Positions 26,930 to 38,854 of a DNA stretch of 64,000 nucleotides are shown here, in pieces. The translations under genes were made by a program, and so were the position numbers. Source of the DNA: Podarcis liolepis (taxonomy: Eukaryota); assembly GCA_965112155.1 (NCBI GenBank), contig OZ218100.1, one strand, 5' to 3'. Under the pieces are notes generated by a model. It did not search any database and was not told where the DNA came from. It saw only the letters and a list, made by a program, of their open reading frames with translations. The first letter of the stretch is position 1, and every line of letters begins with the position of its first letter.

Positions 26930-29781
26930 CACTAAGGAGATAGCATATTCAACCACAGTAGAAATCAGCTGCCAAAAGAAGTCATTGCTGCTGCCATATG
27001 AATAGTTTCATCTTCCTTCCTGAAATTATGCTGCTAATTTGGGAACAACCCCAAAACCCCTAGATGAACCATTGATAAGATGAACCATATCATAAGTGAG
27101 TGTCTAATTTTCATGTTATTATGAATGCCATTATTTCTGGCCCTGCAATACCCAAGAATACAGTTCTGTTCATTTCTACTTGTTTTCACCATAACCAGCT
27201 GCCTCCCAATATATATATCTCACAGTCTTTCACAGGATGCAGCAGCATTATCTGACAGCACTAGCTCTTTCAGGCCCTTCACATTTTCCATCTGTGCAGT
27301 TCCCTCTGTTCCTCACAGCGAGAGGCCTGCCTTTGAATCAACTTCTCTTTGGAACCCCACTCCTGGTGCCATGTGAGGCTCTGCTTCACTTAAACAGATT
27401 AAACTTTAACTTAAACTGGCTTTAGGATAACAAACCGTCTCTGATCACCATTTTCTAGCTGGAACCAGTTCTGTGTGGTAATATAAGTTGTTCTTCTTAA
27501 AACGACAGTATACTATCCCAACAGCTACCACCAAGGATGCAAATCAGGTCTTTGCTGTTTATAGTTTTGTGTGAAAGGTGCTGCTTGGGTCTCGCTTGAT
27601 TTGGGATGATTTTGACCATGCAATTAAACTCCTCAGGTGGAGAATAGTTGACTGGCTTTGACCTGCCGCTGTCTTAAACCAACATGTAATGATTACTTTG
27701 ATTGTGGTTTATGTTTTATTTTTTTAAACTTGTGTAAGGCACTTTGCGTGTCTATCAACAGAAAAGTTGAGGGAAAATAATAAGTCAAAGGCACTTTGAT
27801 CCAGTTGATTCTGCAAATTTTGCACCAACATAATAGAAGGTTCTATTTCTGTGCCTGAATATGAGGCAATACTTGAAAAGGCAAATATGGATAGCTTTGA
27901 CCTTGAGCTCTTAAGCAAATCAGCTGCGTGAAAGATGAACTCTGACACCTCTTCTAGGCAATATAAAGTTTCATAGAACTCGGTAACAAGGAAGCCATTT
28001 TTAAGCATGCATGTTAAGATTTAGGCACATAACAGAAATCCACATAACCTCTGTGGTTCCACCATCGGGGCTCTGTTTCAGGCGGGCCTCTAATAGCAAG
28101 CACAGAATTTGGATGGCGCAGCATATTCAAAGTTTCCAAAGAGCTTTGGATCAGAATGAATATTTGGAAGAGAAACTCCTTTCAGAGAGAGAGAGACACA
28201 CAGAAAGAGAGAGCGCCGTGTGGATCACTAGAGCTATCCCATGTCCTTGTGTCATGTGGGAAATACCTCAGCTTTCCTGCATGACTGGGTCTTTCCCACA
28301 TTATTGGCACCCCAAGTTTCATGGGATTAGCCCTGCCCACCCGATTGCATTATGCACACCATATTATTTGCATTGTCACCTTACTCACTGTTGCTCACAT
28401 GATATTCTCCCACACAAAATAGTTCCCGTGCAGCTGAGTGTATTCATGAAGGCCGGTTGCATCAAGATCAGTGGTAATTAATTCCCCATAAATGTCACAA
28501 CAGTCCTTCTCTAATGGTCACTGTTGAGTACAGTGACTTTGTGGTGAATGGCTTTTGCCTATAAAATGCTATCTCATTCATTGGGGTGGGGGTGGGGTGG
28601 AGTCATTCTTTGTTAATGTAGAGCTGATCCCTTTGTTGAAATTAATGGAGAAGCCATATGTGCAAAGTCTTACGGAATAGAGGGAAAGTGTTTAGGGCTG
28701 AAATATAAAAATACTGAGGCTTAGCCATTTGTTTCTTAGCTCCCGTTATCTTGCACAGAAGCCACACGTAACCAAAAATGTCATGAGCAAAGGAGAATTA
28801 AGCATATTAATCTGGTCTCCACTCCTGCCATTAATACGCTATAGATTCTATCTTTACTTTCAAATTCATTATTTCTTTAATGAAAAAAGAAAGATATTTT
28901 AATGGTAAAAATATCAAAATGATTAATGGTATGTCTGCTAATGACATTTTAAAAGTATTTTGGGCTGGAAATGTGACACTATAATCATTAAAAATCAGAT
29001 TCAATTTCCAAAGGTACTAATCTTAAAACTTTATACCACTAGCAGAAACATTAAAAATTATATCCAGTGAGTTCAGAGGCTTCTAATTGGATGGGGAGGG
29101 AAGAAGGGGGGTGGGGAGATTCAAGAACTCTGCAAGCTCTGCCACAAAATAAATGCGCTTTCAGAATTTTTGGAATGTATTTTCGGCAACAAGATAACAG
29201 CTGAGAATATATGAGGACAATATGAATGCAACACATTCAGTACAGAGAAAACTCCCAAACCACTGAGATATCCTACTCCCACCCCCGCATGGATTGATCC
29301 AAGAGGTATATTGTGGCACCAAATGGGGGGGGGGGATCACATAATGAAAGCCCCCTCTCATGCATAATGTAAGCACCTTGTCTATTGGAGCTTACATCAC
29401 AATTTGGTGTTAAATTATTCCCACTTTATACCACATAGCAGTGCGAATGGAATGAATATGCTCACTGCAATCATCCAGTGCACCTATTTCCTTTTGTTAA
29501 TTAGAAAAAAGCAGAACATTTTTTTCTTAAGAAAGGCAAACCTGATACCTACTTTTCCAATGTGTGTGTGTGTGGGGGGAATTGTGTGCATGGACACACA
29601 CACACACAAAAACAACAACTACAACAACGCACCATGTCCAGGCAACTGAAATAGCTAAATTGTTAAACTCTACAAAAAATAAATAAATGTCCCTGCATTT
29701 TCTTCTTATATATGATCGATACTGTAATGTTTGACTCCACCATACTAATGACCACTCCCCGCTTAAAACGGGGGGCGCCCT

Positions 29782-30611
29782 TTGCGTGGACGCGCGCAGC
29801 CCTTGGATCTGGAGCGGCTCCAACAGCATAGGCTTGGCTTTGCCTTCCCTCAGGTGGGATACCTGGAGGTCTCCACCTACCTCAGTCAGTTGTCCAATCC
29901 CACCTGGGGGAAGCGTTGCCAAGGAGACCAGGCCAGGTAGGGGAGGGATTACCTGCCCACACAATAGAGGGAGGATCTTACCTAGGAATCCTCACTTGGC
30001 TCCAGAGCTTCTCCCACCCTACCCACCCTCAGTTAAGGTCTTATTTTGCAGGTTAACTTTTCTTCACAGGTTTTGCAGGTTAACTTTTCTTCACAGGTAT
30101 GCGGGCGCTGCTACGTTAAGGTCGCTGTTAAAGGGCCGGAAAGGAATTTCCCTGCATTGGCAGGTTTCGCCTTTCCCGTAGCAAAACGTCACAACTTTGG
30201 CGGTATCAGGCCTTGGGCGGAATCCTTTTGTCCATCTTCCTCTTGCGGCGGCGATACCAGGGTTCCCCGTTAAAGGGGTTTTCTGAAGGGAGGCTTTGGC
30301 CGTACACCGAAAGGTCGTCATTACTCCCTCCTGCGGCGGCGGCGTTACGGGGGCGGCCATCTCTGCTTGAACATATGTTCTCCAGAGCCGGCCCATTCCC
30401 CCCCCACACACACACTGGATAACCCTGATGCTCCCTAGGTCCCTGGCTGGGGACTGGGGAGGGAGAACGCCCAGTGCCTGAGCCAAGGTCTACCCACATT
30501 TGAAATTTAATAAAGTTGTGGCCAATTTAATCCCATAGCACGTTGTCTTGAGTCGTTATTCACATGACGGGGGGACCGTGTAGGATCTGGGGACTCCGCC
30601 TGTCCACGCAA
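29782..30611 (+). mobile_element. Young CpG-rich retroelement terminal repeat (DIRS/Ngaro-like or solo LTR)
   Basis: 10-bp terminal inverted repeat TTGCGTGGAC/GTCCACGCAA, AATAAAGTTGTGGCC at 30509, sharp GC/CpG contrast with flanks, no TSD found. Confidence 0.6.
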
Positions 30612-30860
30612 TAGCTTCACTATCAACAGTATATTTGTTTGCCTTTTCTCCCCTTTTTCCCCTGCAGATACCAAATACTAACATAATCCTTCAAAAGTTT
30701 TATTTCAACCTTCAGGCCTAAAAGGAGGCTATTTTTGAGATCCCAACCTGCCATATCAACGAAAGGGTGCAGAGAAATAGAGGTAAGGGTACCAGCTATG
30801 GCAGCACATTAGTTGGATAGCTGGATTTGGAAGAGCCCAGTTTCCATCAAATACACTTTT

Positions 30861-31046
30861 AGAAACATAAGGAAATGCCTAATATTTAGACTCAGGCTGT
30901 TGGTATATCTAGTTCAGGATTGGCTGCACTGGCTGTCGATGGCTCCAGGCAGAGGACATTCATGGCCCTACCTGGAGATGTCAGGGATTGAACATGGAAC
31001 CTTCTGCAGGCAAGGCAGCTGTTCCACCCCCGAGCAGTGGCGCTTT
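30861..31046 (-). mobile_element. Squam3-like tRNA-derived SINE
   Basis: Reverse of ...GCAGAAGGTTCCATGTTCAATCCCTGACATCTCCAGGTAGGG..., with a B-box-like GTTCAATCC and the typical TTCCTTATGTT 3' end. Confidence 0.7.
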
Positions 31047-31108
31047 TGATGCCTGAATCTAGGCTCCATTGGCCGTGGCTCATACTAGGACTGGACGGTA
31101 GAACAGAC

Positions 31109-31260
31109 TTCCACTAGAGGTGGTGGACTCTCCTTCCTTGGGACTTTTTAAGCAGAGTTTGCATGCTATGTATGATCTAGTTGAGATTCCTCTATTGCAG
31201 GGGGTTGGACTAGATGACACTCAAGGTCCCTTCCACCTCTACATTTCTTTGATTCTATTT
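31109..31260 (+). mobile_element. CR1 3' end
   Basis: GTGGTGGACTCTCCTTCCTTGG...TTGCAGGGGGTTGGACTAGATGAC...GGTCCCTTCCA...GATTCTAT. Confidence 0.85.
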
Positions 31261-31323
31261 CTACTCCATCAGTTTTAGCCACGTTATGCTCCTCCTGCAG
31301 CTTTCTTAAAGGCCCAGCTAAGG

Positions 31324-31754
31324 TAGGGTTGCCATGTTTCAAAAAGTAAAAACCAGGACACTCCAAAATTGTTGAGCTTTTCTTAGACAAACCCCAAAGT
31401 TGATGAGCTCCCCCCCCCAAAAAAAATGCAAAAACCCCATAAAAAAACAACAACCCACAGTTTTTCGGTTAACTTGCCTAATATCCAGGACAAAGCACCG
31501 CCTTTTGGAAATTCTCCCCGGAGCATAATCACCTGACACAATCCCACTTGCTGCTCTCCTCCCTCCTTTTTCTTCTTCTTCCTCCTAATTGTTTAAACCA
31601 ATTCATAAACCAAGAATTTATGCATTGACCACTAATATTGAAACATATGTTGCAGATCTTTTTACACATTTATTATGCTATTTTTGTGATATGCAAATGA
31701 CATGAGAAAAGTTGGTATACTTGTTTGTATAACATTATTCTTGTTTATAAAACC

Positions 31755-31805
<51 letters not shown>

Positions 31806-31893
31806 CCCCAGAAATTCTCCCCAGATGTCAATTCTGCCTTTGAAATCCCCGTAATGTCTGGGAAATCCCAGTAATGTTCGTATGGCAGCCCTA
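31324..31893. mobile_element. hAT (Blackjack-like) non-autonomous element containing an (ATT)n microsatellite
   Basis: TIR TAGGGTTGCCAT / ATGGCAGCCCTA; perfect 8-bp TSD AGCTAAGG (31316-23, 31894-901). Confidence 0.85.
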
Positions 31894-32123
31894 AGCTAAG
31901 GTAGTAAAATTAAGGTACCAGTAAATAAACTACTAGGACTCAGCTATACAGCTGAAAATATAATGTTTTAAGTGCATTATATAAATGTGACAATAGATGG
32001 CAATGGTGAACTTATGGCAAATTCAATATATTTTTCGCAGCGTTTTTTATAGGTTTAGATTCCAGCCTAGTGGTTGCACTTGCAGGTCTTTTGAAAAAGC
32101 ACCAGTTGTTGTGTGGCACCTTG

Positions 32124-32371
32124 CAGAGCTGGCCCAAAACATTTTGCTGCCTGAGGCAAAGGACAAGATGGTGTCTTCACCAATCCATGTACAGAAGCTG
32201 GCAATTCTGACTGCACATGAGAAGATCAGGCTGGCTATATTGCTGCAGGACAGTCCACGTGGCACACACATCTGTGTCCTCCAACAGAAGGGTACAGCCA
32301 AGGTGGCTCAGGAGGAACAGCCAGGCAGCTGGCATTGCTGCAGCTACTGAGTGGCATAGTTTCTGGCCCTG
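32124..32371. mobile_element. hAT (Tip100-like) MITE
   Basis: CAGAGCTGGCCCAAAACATTTTGCTGCCTGAGGC...CTGGCCCTG; same left end as the copy at 52763. Confidence 0.55.
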
Positions 32372-33469
32372 GCAGAAACTATTGTGGTTTCCACCTTGTG
32401 GTTTCCTAATACATATCTAGGGCTTTCTGGAGCTGTGGAGGCTAAAGTGTAGGAGCCTCCTAAACAACACAGCTGGTTTGCAGACTGGGTTTCCTGTTTC
32501 TGAATTCAACACCCTGCATGATCAATATTGTCATGTTAATAATTTTATCAGGCAGTTATCCCATGCTATCATAATGACACCAGATTCCACATTTCCAATG
32601 CGTACTAAAGTAACACAGAAAATATACAAAATGCCCCATTAACGTATTTACCACTGTTGTCATTTCCCCCCTGTTCATAGAACTACTGTTTTGATTAATG
32701 CATAACGGTTGGCAGTTTTCATTGATATGTAAGTTTGATCCAACAAGAAAGAGGTGGTTATATCACTTAGCAAAACACATAATCAAAGCAGTCTGTAATG
32801 TATGCAGCCCTTCCTGTGTTTCAGACTACAGGTGGGAGATTGCATGTTTAAATGCTACCCCGCAGAGTGGAGGGAAACAGTCTGCATTTTTCAGCAGGTC
32901 CCACAGAACAGCAAATTTACTGCAGGGACTGGAGCATTGTTGAACTGCAGCAACACCCCCTTCTACAGATTCCAGGTAGAATTGACAAGATAAATGAAAC
33001 AAGCTGAGTTCAGGGAAGCTTCCTGAATTGCTAAAAGTCTTGGCCTGCTGGTACTTCAGCCTAGCCCCTGCCCCAATGCTGTTTTTTGTGATGAGGGGGA
33101 AAGTTTTGTGAGTCGACCTGGATCAACCATCTAAACATTTGTACTAAAAATCTGTACACCACAAGCAACATCAGCCTTTGCTTCCATTGTGACACAATTC
33201 TGCTGTTGCGCAGGATTCAAAGTCAGCATGCTTCATCCTCCTAAGCAATTATTTGCCGGTACAGCCAGCCTTAGAAAGTAATAAAACAGCCAGCAGTCTC
33301 CACCACCTGCTTTGGATGCAGCAGCCGATTCCCCCACCAGCTACTCATCAGGAGAGATGAGCCGGACTGAGAGACCCCAACTCTTTTTCCTCCCCTCCCC
33401 TCCCCCTTTCCCTTTTCTTTTCCAGCCCATGGGGGAAATGCAAAGAGTGCAAACTTCTCATCCGATTAC

Positions 33470-33499
33470 CTTCCATGTACCGAACCTGTAAAAGTTCAT
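33470..33499 (-). CDS. Candidate coding part of an alternative first exon (MNFYRFGTWK), host gene not identified
   Basis: ATG AAC TTT TAC AGG TTC GGT ACA TGG AAG|gtaatc (phase 0), preceded by a pyrimidine-rich 5'UTR-like tract in a TE-free block. Confidence 0.35.
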
Positions 33500-35477
33500 C
33501 TCATGTTTCCAACGCTTGAAAGGAAGAGAAAATGTTAAAGGAATGTCTTGGGTTAAATGGAGCAGGAGCTCATCAGCATTCAGCACCACGGCCATGGGAT
33601 GAAGGGTAAAGGGGTGGGGTGGGGAAATAACAGAAACATGAGAAGAGGAGTAGATAAAAGGAAGGCACTGAAAAGAAAAGGGGAGGGATGTTGTTTCTTA
33701 ATTGAGCTGGGGGAAAAGAGAAGGAGGAGGAGGGGAAGATATTGCTTGGAACTCTCTGGTGATGAGAAACCTTCCCGTGCTCCTGATGCAGGTTAAAAAT
33801 GCAGCACTGCCCCTTTGCAGAGCATCAGTCTTGCAGTTAGAATATGATAAAACAGCAGTGGAATAATAGAGAAGAGGGAGAAAAACAGTATACCCTCTAT
33901 CATGTCACAGCTTATAGACCAGCTGCAACTGAAAACATACCCAGGAACATCCATAAAGTGACAGTACACGGACCCTATACGCAATGGGACCGTACCTCTC
34001 GCACCCATGGCAGATGTCCCCTTCTTTTTTTAAAAAATGTCCTAGAGCATCTTGGGGCAGCTAAATAGTGTGGAATCTGGACCTAAATGGGATGAGATGC
34101 ACACGTTTTGATGCACACTTGAAATGAGAATGGGACAAAGATAAATTGATCCACCTCTATCAGAGATGTGGCCTCATTGCCTCTTGACACAGAAAACTGA
34201 TACCGACACACATACTGTAGCTTCTTTCTCTCATTACTACTTGTCCATGAAGAATAACTGTGGACAAGCTGTTAGTGCAGCAAAGCAAGGTGCTGTTATT
34301 TGGGGATTTATCCATGCAGATTTTACTGGTACCCTATCATCCTGCCCATTTTTTAAGTTCCTTGGAGTTTTCTAATTTGCTTATAGGTACAATTCAATAT
34401 GCCCCCCCCCCCATTTTCCTCAGGGAACTACCTATTCCCATGAACCCCCATCTCTAAGTGCTAGGTTCCTTCAGTAGGTGACAAACAAAAATAGGGCCTC
34501 TTCAGTGGTGACACCCTAGTAACATAATGTTTTCTACAATGAGCACTTGATTGGTGCAGATGACCTTGCTGCTTGTTTCTGATGCCAGATGAAGACTATT
34601 TAATTCTCCCATGTTTTCCTAGATAACTATTTCTGGTGTTTCTTGAATTACTCCTGCTTTTACTCTTGTCCCTTTTCATTGGAGTCACTCACCACAGAGA
34701 GGTGCACAGGAAATCAAATAGTACCTTCTGATGTCTTCTGAAATCCAGACTGAGCTACTGTGCTCTGGATCATTTATACCAGTTTTAAGTACAACCATCT
34801 CCCCATCTCTGCACATGCTGCTACACCAATCTGATGGTATGAAGACTGTAGCTATGATAAAGCCTAATTATCATACTGCAGCAGCTTTTTCTTGTGTTTG
34901 TTTCTGAGCCTGATTTAAATGGAGGGGAAATGCCATATGGAATCATCTACAGCTGGCTTGGTATTGACAAATGTACAGCTGTGTATGACTCGTGTGCAGG
35001 TGTTCCTGAGTGAATATTAGTTTGCGAGCAGGCAGGTTTTTATTTTTTATTTTAAAGGAACTGGCTGCATGGCAAAGATGGATGACTGTCAGGCTTGCTA
35101 ACAACAATTACAAGTGTGTGAAAAATGTAGCACAGAAACCCAATGTACTGGAACTGGAATATATTTATCCCACGCACAAACTCGGAGACACAGGATAATT
35201 TCCCAGGAAAAGAAAAGAAATATCCAAAATAGGGATACATGGACCACTCACTTGTAAGTCCATTCCATCCTGTTTCCTAATGGGACTAAAGGGAACCCTG
35301 TTCTACTTCTGCACTGATCTTCCAGAGGCAGACAGCCATGTTTTTATCTGTCTAAATCTCCCTGAGAATGATGGAACGTCATGAACTTCTGCTGCTCACA
35401 GGGGGCATTGCTACATATGTGCCAGTAAGAGGCCTTTTTGCTAGCTAGCCACTTGTCCAGGTGGCTGTAGTTTTTAA

Positions 35478-35608
35478 ATTTATTTATTTATGCATTTCAA
35501 TCCTAATTTTCCTCAAAGGAGCCCAAGGTGGCACACATGGTTCTCTCCCTCCACTGTCTATTTCATCCCCATAACAACCGTCAGAGGCAGGTTAGCAAGC
35601 AATATAGC
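35478..35608 (-). mobile_element. MIR/L2-tail SINE fragment (target of the LTR insertion)
   Basis: TTTATTTATTTA...GAGCCCAAGGTGGC...ATAACAACC.TCAGAGGCAGGTTAG; similar to the sequence at about 55065-55200. Confidence 0.5.
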
Positions 35609-36203
35609 TGTGATGGCCTGGGACTCGGAACCTGAGGAATCCCAGCCTGCACAGGATTCCCCACCTCCAGAACCAGCTGAGCCGGGGCTGGGGCATGAGC
35701 CTGAAGGGTCCTCACCTGTGCTGGATCCTTGGGTACAGGTTGAGTCTTCTCTGGCTCCTGAGGTGATGGAGGACCCATTGCCTGCAGGTGCTCCACTCTC
35801 AGCCCCATCAGAGGAAGCTGAGGTTGCCTCTGGGTCCAGTAACCCTCCAGCCTCTCCTGAGCTGCAGAGGCTCAGGGCAGAGAGGCGGAGGGAACTAAGT
35901 TCCCGCAGGAGGAGTGCTCGCCTCCAGTCCAGGAGAGCCGAGTCACCAGAGGATCAGGGCCGCCCTATGCCTTGGGGCAGATAAAAGCCGGCCAGCCCCA
36001 GTCCCAAGTTGTGGGAGCAACATTGTTGGTTGCTAGTTCCTGCCTGGACAATGTCCTGCTTACCTGCCTGAGCTCCTGACTCGCCCTGGCTCCCCGTTTG
36101 CATGCCTGTCCCTGACTTCATCTAACTCCCTGCCCTGCATCAAACTTCAGCTACTATGAACTGCCTCCATGTTGTACCTTTGACCATGGACCGGACTTGG
36201 ACT
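35609..36203 (+). mobile_element. Gypsy-like LTR, 3'-truncated
   Basis: Starts TGTGATGG; GC-rich U3; TATA-like ATAAAAG at 35981; pyrimidine-rich R-like region; ends abruptly against L1 without AATAAA or a CA end. Confidence 0.65.
35613..35984 (+). CDS. LTR U3-encoded 123-aa ORF: acidic Pro/Glu/Ser-rich N-terminus, basic C-terminus with RRRSARL
   Basis: ATG 4 nt inside the LTR start, uninterrupted to a TAA overlapping the TATA-like box; MAWDSEPEESQPAQ...ELQRLRAERRRELSSRRRSARLQSRRAE... Confidence 0.45.
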   Translation: MAWDSEPEESQPAQDSPPPEPAEPGLGHEPEGSSPVLDPWVQVESSLAPEVMEDPLPAGAPLSAPSEEAEVASGSSNPPASPELQRLRAERRRELSSRRRSARLQSRRAESPEDQGRPMPWGR

Positions 36204-38150
36204 GTATCTCACCCAAACCTTTCTGATTATATTACTTAGAAATTCTTTATGCACCACCACTTTGCTGTAAATTAGATAGGCATGCCAGCCATATCTGTTG
36301 TTCCATCCCTCTAAGTCTAAGATATCATTATTATCTAGTGTAATCCTGTCTCTGATCCAACTAAAACATGCAGCATCATAATATATTCTCAGGTCTGGGA
36401 GTCCAAAGCCATCCCGCTCTTTTATGTCTGTTAATAATATATGTTTTATCTGTGGCTTTTTACCTTGCCAAATAAATTTTGTTAGGTCCGATTTCCATTT
36501 TTTAAAACATTCTTCTTTACCTATTATGGGGATCATTTAAAAAAGGAACAGGAGTTTGGGTAAGATATTCATTTTAATAGCTGAAATTCTACCCCAAAGT
36601 GTTAAATTCAGCCTTGTCCAAATTTCTATTTCTCTTTTTATTTCTTCCCAATTTTTTTTCATAATTATCTTCGAACAAATTTATATGTTTCATTGTTATT
36701 TGAATTCCTAAATATTTAACTTTTTTTTTTTACAATTTGTAGTCCAAATTTTTCTACCAGTTCCTTTTCCTCCTGATCTCCCATGTTTTTAACCATTAGT
36801 TTCATTTTCTCCTTATTCAAAGCAAAACTTGAAACCTTTCCAAAGTTTTCCATTTTTTCTAGAGCCTTTGCGATGCTTTCTTTTGGGTTTTCAACCATTA
36901 GCACTAAATCATCTGCAAATGCCCTTATTTTATATGATTTCTCCTCTAGGGATATTCCTTTTATTTCTTCATCTAGTCTAATTTCTTGATTTAATATTTC
37001 CAGGACCAGGATGAATAATAATGGTGAAAGTGGGCACCCTTGTCTAGTGCCCTTCTGTATTTTTTAAAAATCAATCATATCATTATTTATTATTATGGTT
37101 ACTTCCTGTTGTTCATAGATTACTTTTAGGCCTCTTGTAATTTGATCTCCCATTTCCATCTGGTCTAATATTGTTTTTAGGAATTTCCATGAAACTTTAT
37201 CAAACGCCTTTTCTGCGTCCACAAATATAAAAGCTACCTTCTTATTCGGTTTCATGTCTAAGTACTCAATCATATCAATCACTATTCTTACATTATCACT
37301 CATTTTCCTCCCTGGCAAGAACCCTGCCTGCTCTTTGTTTATACAATCCTGCAAAACTGTCTGTAATCTTGTTGCCAATATTTATGCATAGATTTTGTAA
37401 TTATTATTAAGTAGTGATATTGGTCTATAATTATTTATAAACTCTTTATTCTGTCCTTGTTTTGGCATTACTACTATATGAGCCTGCTTCCAAGTATTGG
37501 GAGGCTTCCCATCTTCTAGTATTCTATTTATGAGTGTTTTCATTGGTGACAATAGTGATTCTTCTAATTTTTGGTAATGTGTTGCAGTAAGACCTTCTGG
37601 GCCTGGGGATTTTCCCAGTTTCATCTTAATTATCACTTGTTGTAGCTCCATCATGGTTATTGGGGAGTTTAGATCTTGAATCTTTTCTTTCCTGATTTTA
37701 GGGATTTTCCTTTCCACATAGATACTTTGTTATTTCTTCGTCTCTCTCAGTTCCAGCTTTGTATAACTTTTTATAGTATTTTATAAAGCACTTTTTAACT
37801 TCCCCAGGATTGTCTAAAGTTCTCCCTTTTTTCACTATTTTATCAGTTGATTTTTCCTTCTGTCTCTTTTTCAATTGCCAGGCCAACATCTTTCCTGGTT
37901 TATTTGTGAATTCGAATGACCTTTGTTTCATCCATTTTATATTATCTTCGATTTCACTTTTTAATATTGCTGATGCCTGAGTTTGTAATATTTTTAATTT
38001 TGGGCTTATTAATTCATTTTTTTGTTTTGCTAATATTTTTTTATTTATTCCTATAGCTTTCCTTATTTGTTCTAGTTTTTGCTCTCTTTTCTTTATTGCA
38101 CTTTATTGTATATGAAAGCTTTACTTGCATCCCATATTGTCTTTGTATCT
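36204..38150 (-). mobile_element. L1-clade LINE ORF2 fragment (RT domain), frameshifted
   Basis: Motifs IWDASKAF, KSPGPEG, NYRPISLLN, QAGFLPGR, FVDAEKAFDKVSW, KGTRQGCPLSP, AFADDLV, FIWQGKKP and GFGLPDLRIYY are spread across several frames. Confidence 0.95.
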
Positions 38151-38159
38151 GATATCTAG

Positions 38160-38845
38160 ACACAGAATCTGAAATTATGGGAAGGAATGTGTTACAATCT
38201 ATTAAGCAAATTTGATTAAAGTAAGTGGAATTAATTGGATAGTTAAGCCTATGAAATATTTGGGAATCTTGTTGTCTTCAAACATAGAAGTGCTGTTCAA
38301 ATTATGAACTAGTTATGGTTGCAGTGGCAAAATATTTTTTTAAAGGTTCCAGGCTGGACTCTCATGTATAGGAAAAGATGTGGCATTAAAATACATTTAA
38401 TATCTAGATACTTTTTCTATTTGAAAATGTAAGGATAAAGATTGACGAAAGGGTATCACTGAGCTGGCACAAACTACTTACAAACTTTGTGTGGAATAAT
38501 AAAAAAGCTTGCGTTCCCATGGCAACCTTGGGAAAAAGCCACAATGAAGGAGGAATAAAATTTCCCAATATAGTAGATTATTATAAAGCTTCACTTCTAA
38601 AAGTAATACCTCAATGGCTGAATGTCTCAAAGGTAGCTCCATGGTATACGTTAGAGCAGAACTGTGTTAAAATCCTGGCAGCAGTTATTTCATGGTGCAG
38701 GAAAAAGAGAAAAAGGCAACATTCTTTTTTTGTCAAATATAATTTTTCTATGGATTCGGTCTACTCAAGAGGATCCAGGAAGTGCCAACAGAACCTGATT
38801 TCTAGCAAAGCAGTTCTGCACTGCATTTTCCATCTCTCCCCATAA
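38160..38845 (+). mobile_element. Second, older L1-clade ORF2 fragment in opposite orientation
   Basis: MKYLGILL, FVWNNKK, EGGIKFPNIVDYYKA and W..LE motifs. Confidence 0.75.
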
Positions 38846-38854
38846 GTTTGTGCT

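Noticed and set aside
29527-30499. CpG island with several ORFs as a host promoter or gene
   Set aside because: Bounded by inverted termini with abrupt composition edges, so it is a TE; the ORFs lack recognisable domains.
36204-38845. Twin-priming 5' inversion of a single L1
   Set aside because: Both fragments encode the same ORF2 region with very different sequence, so they are separate elements.
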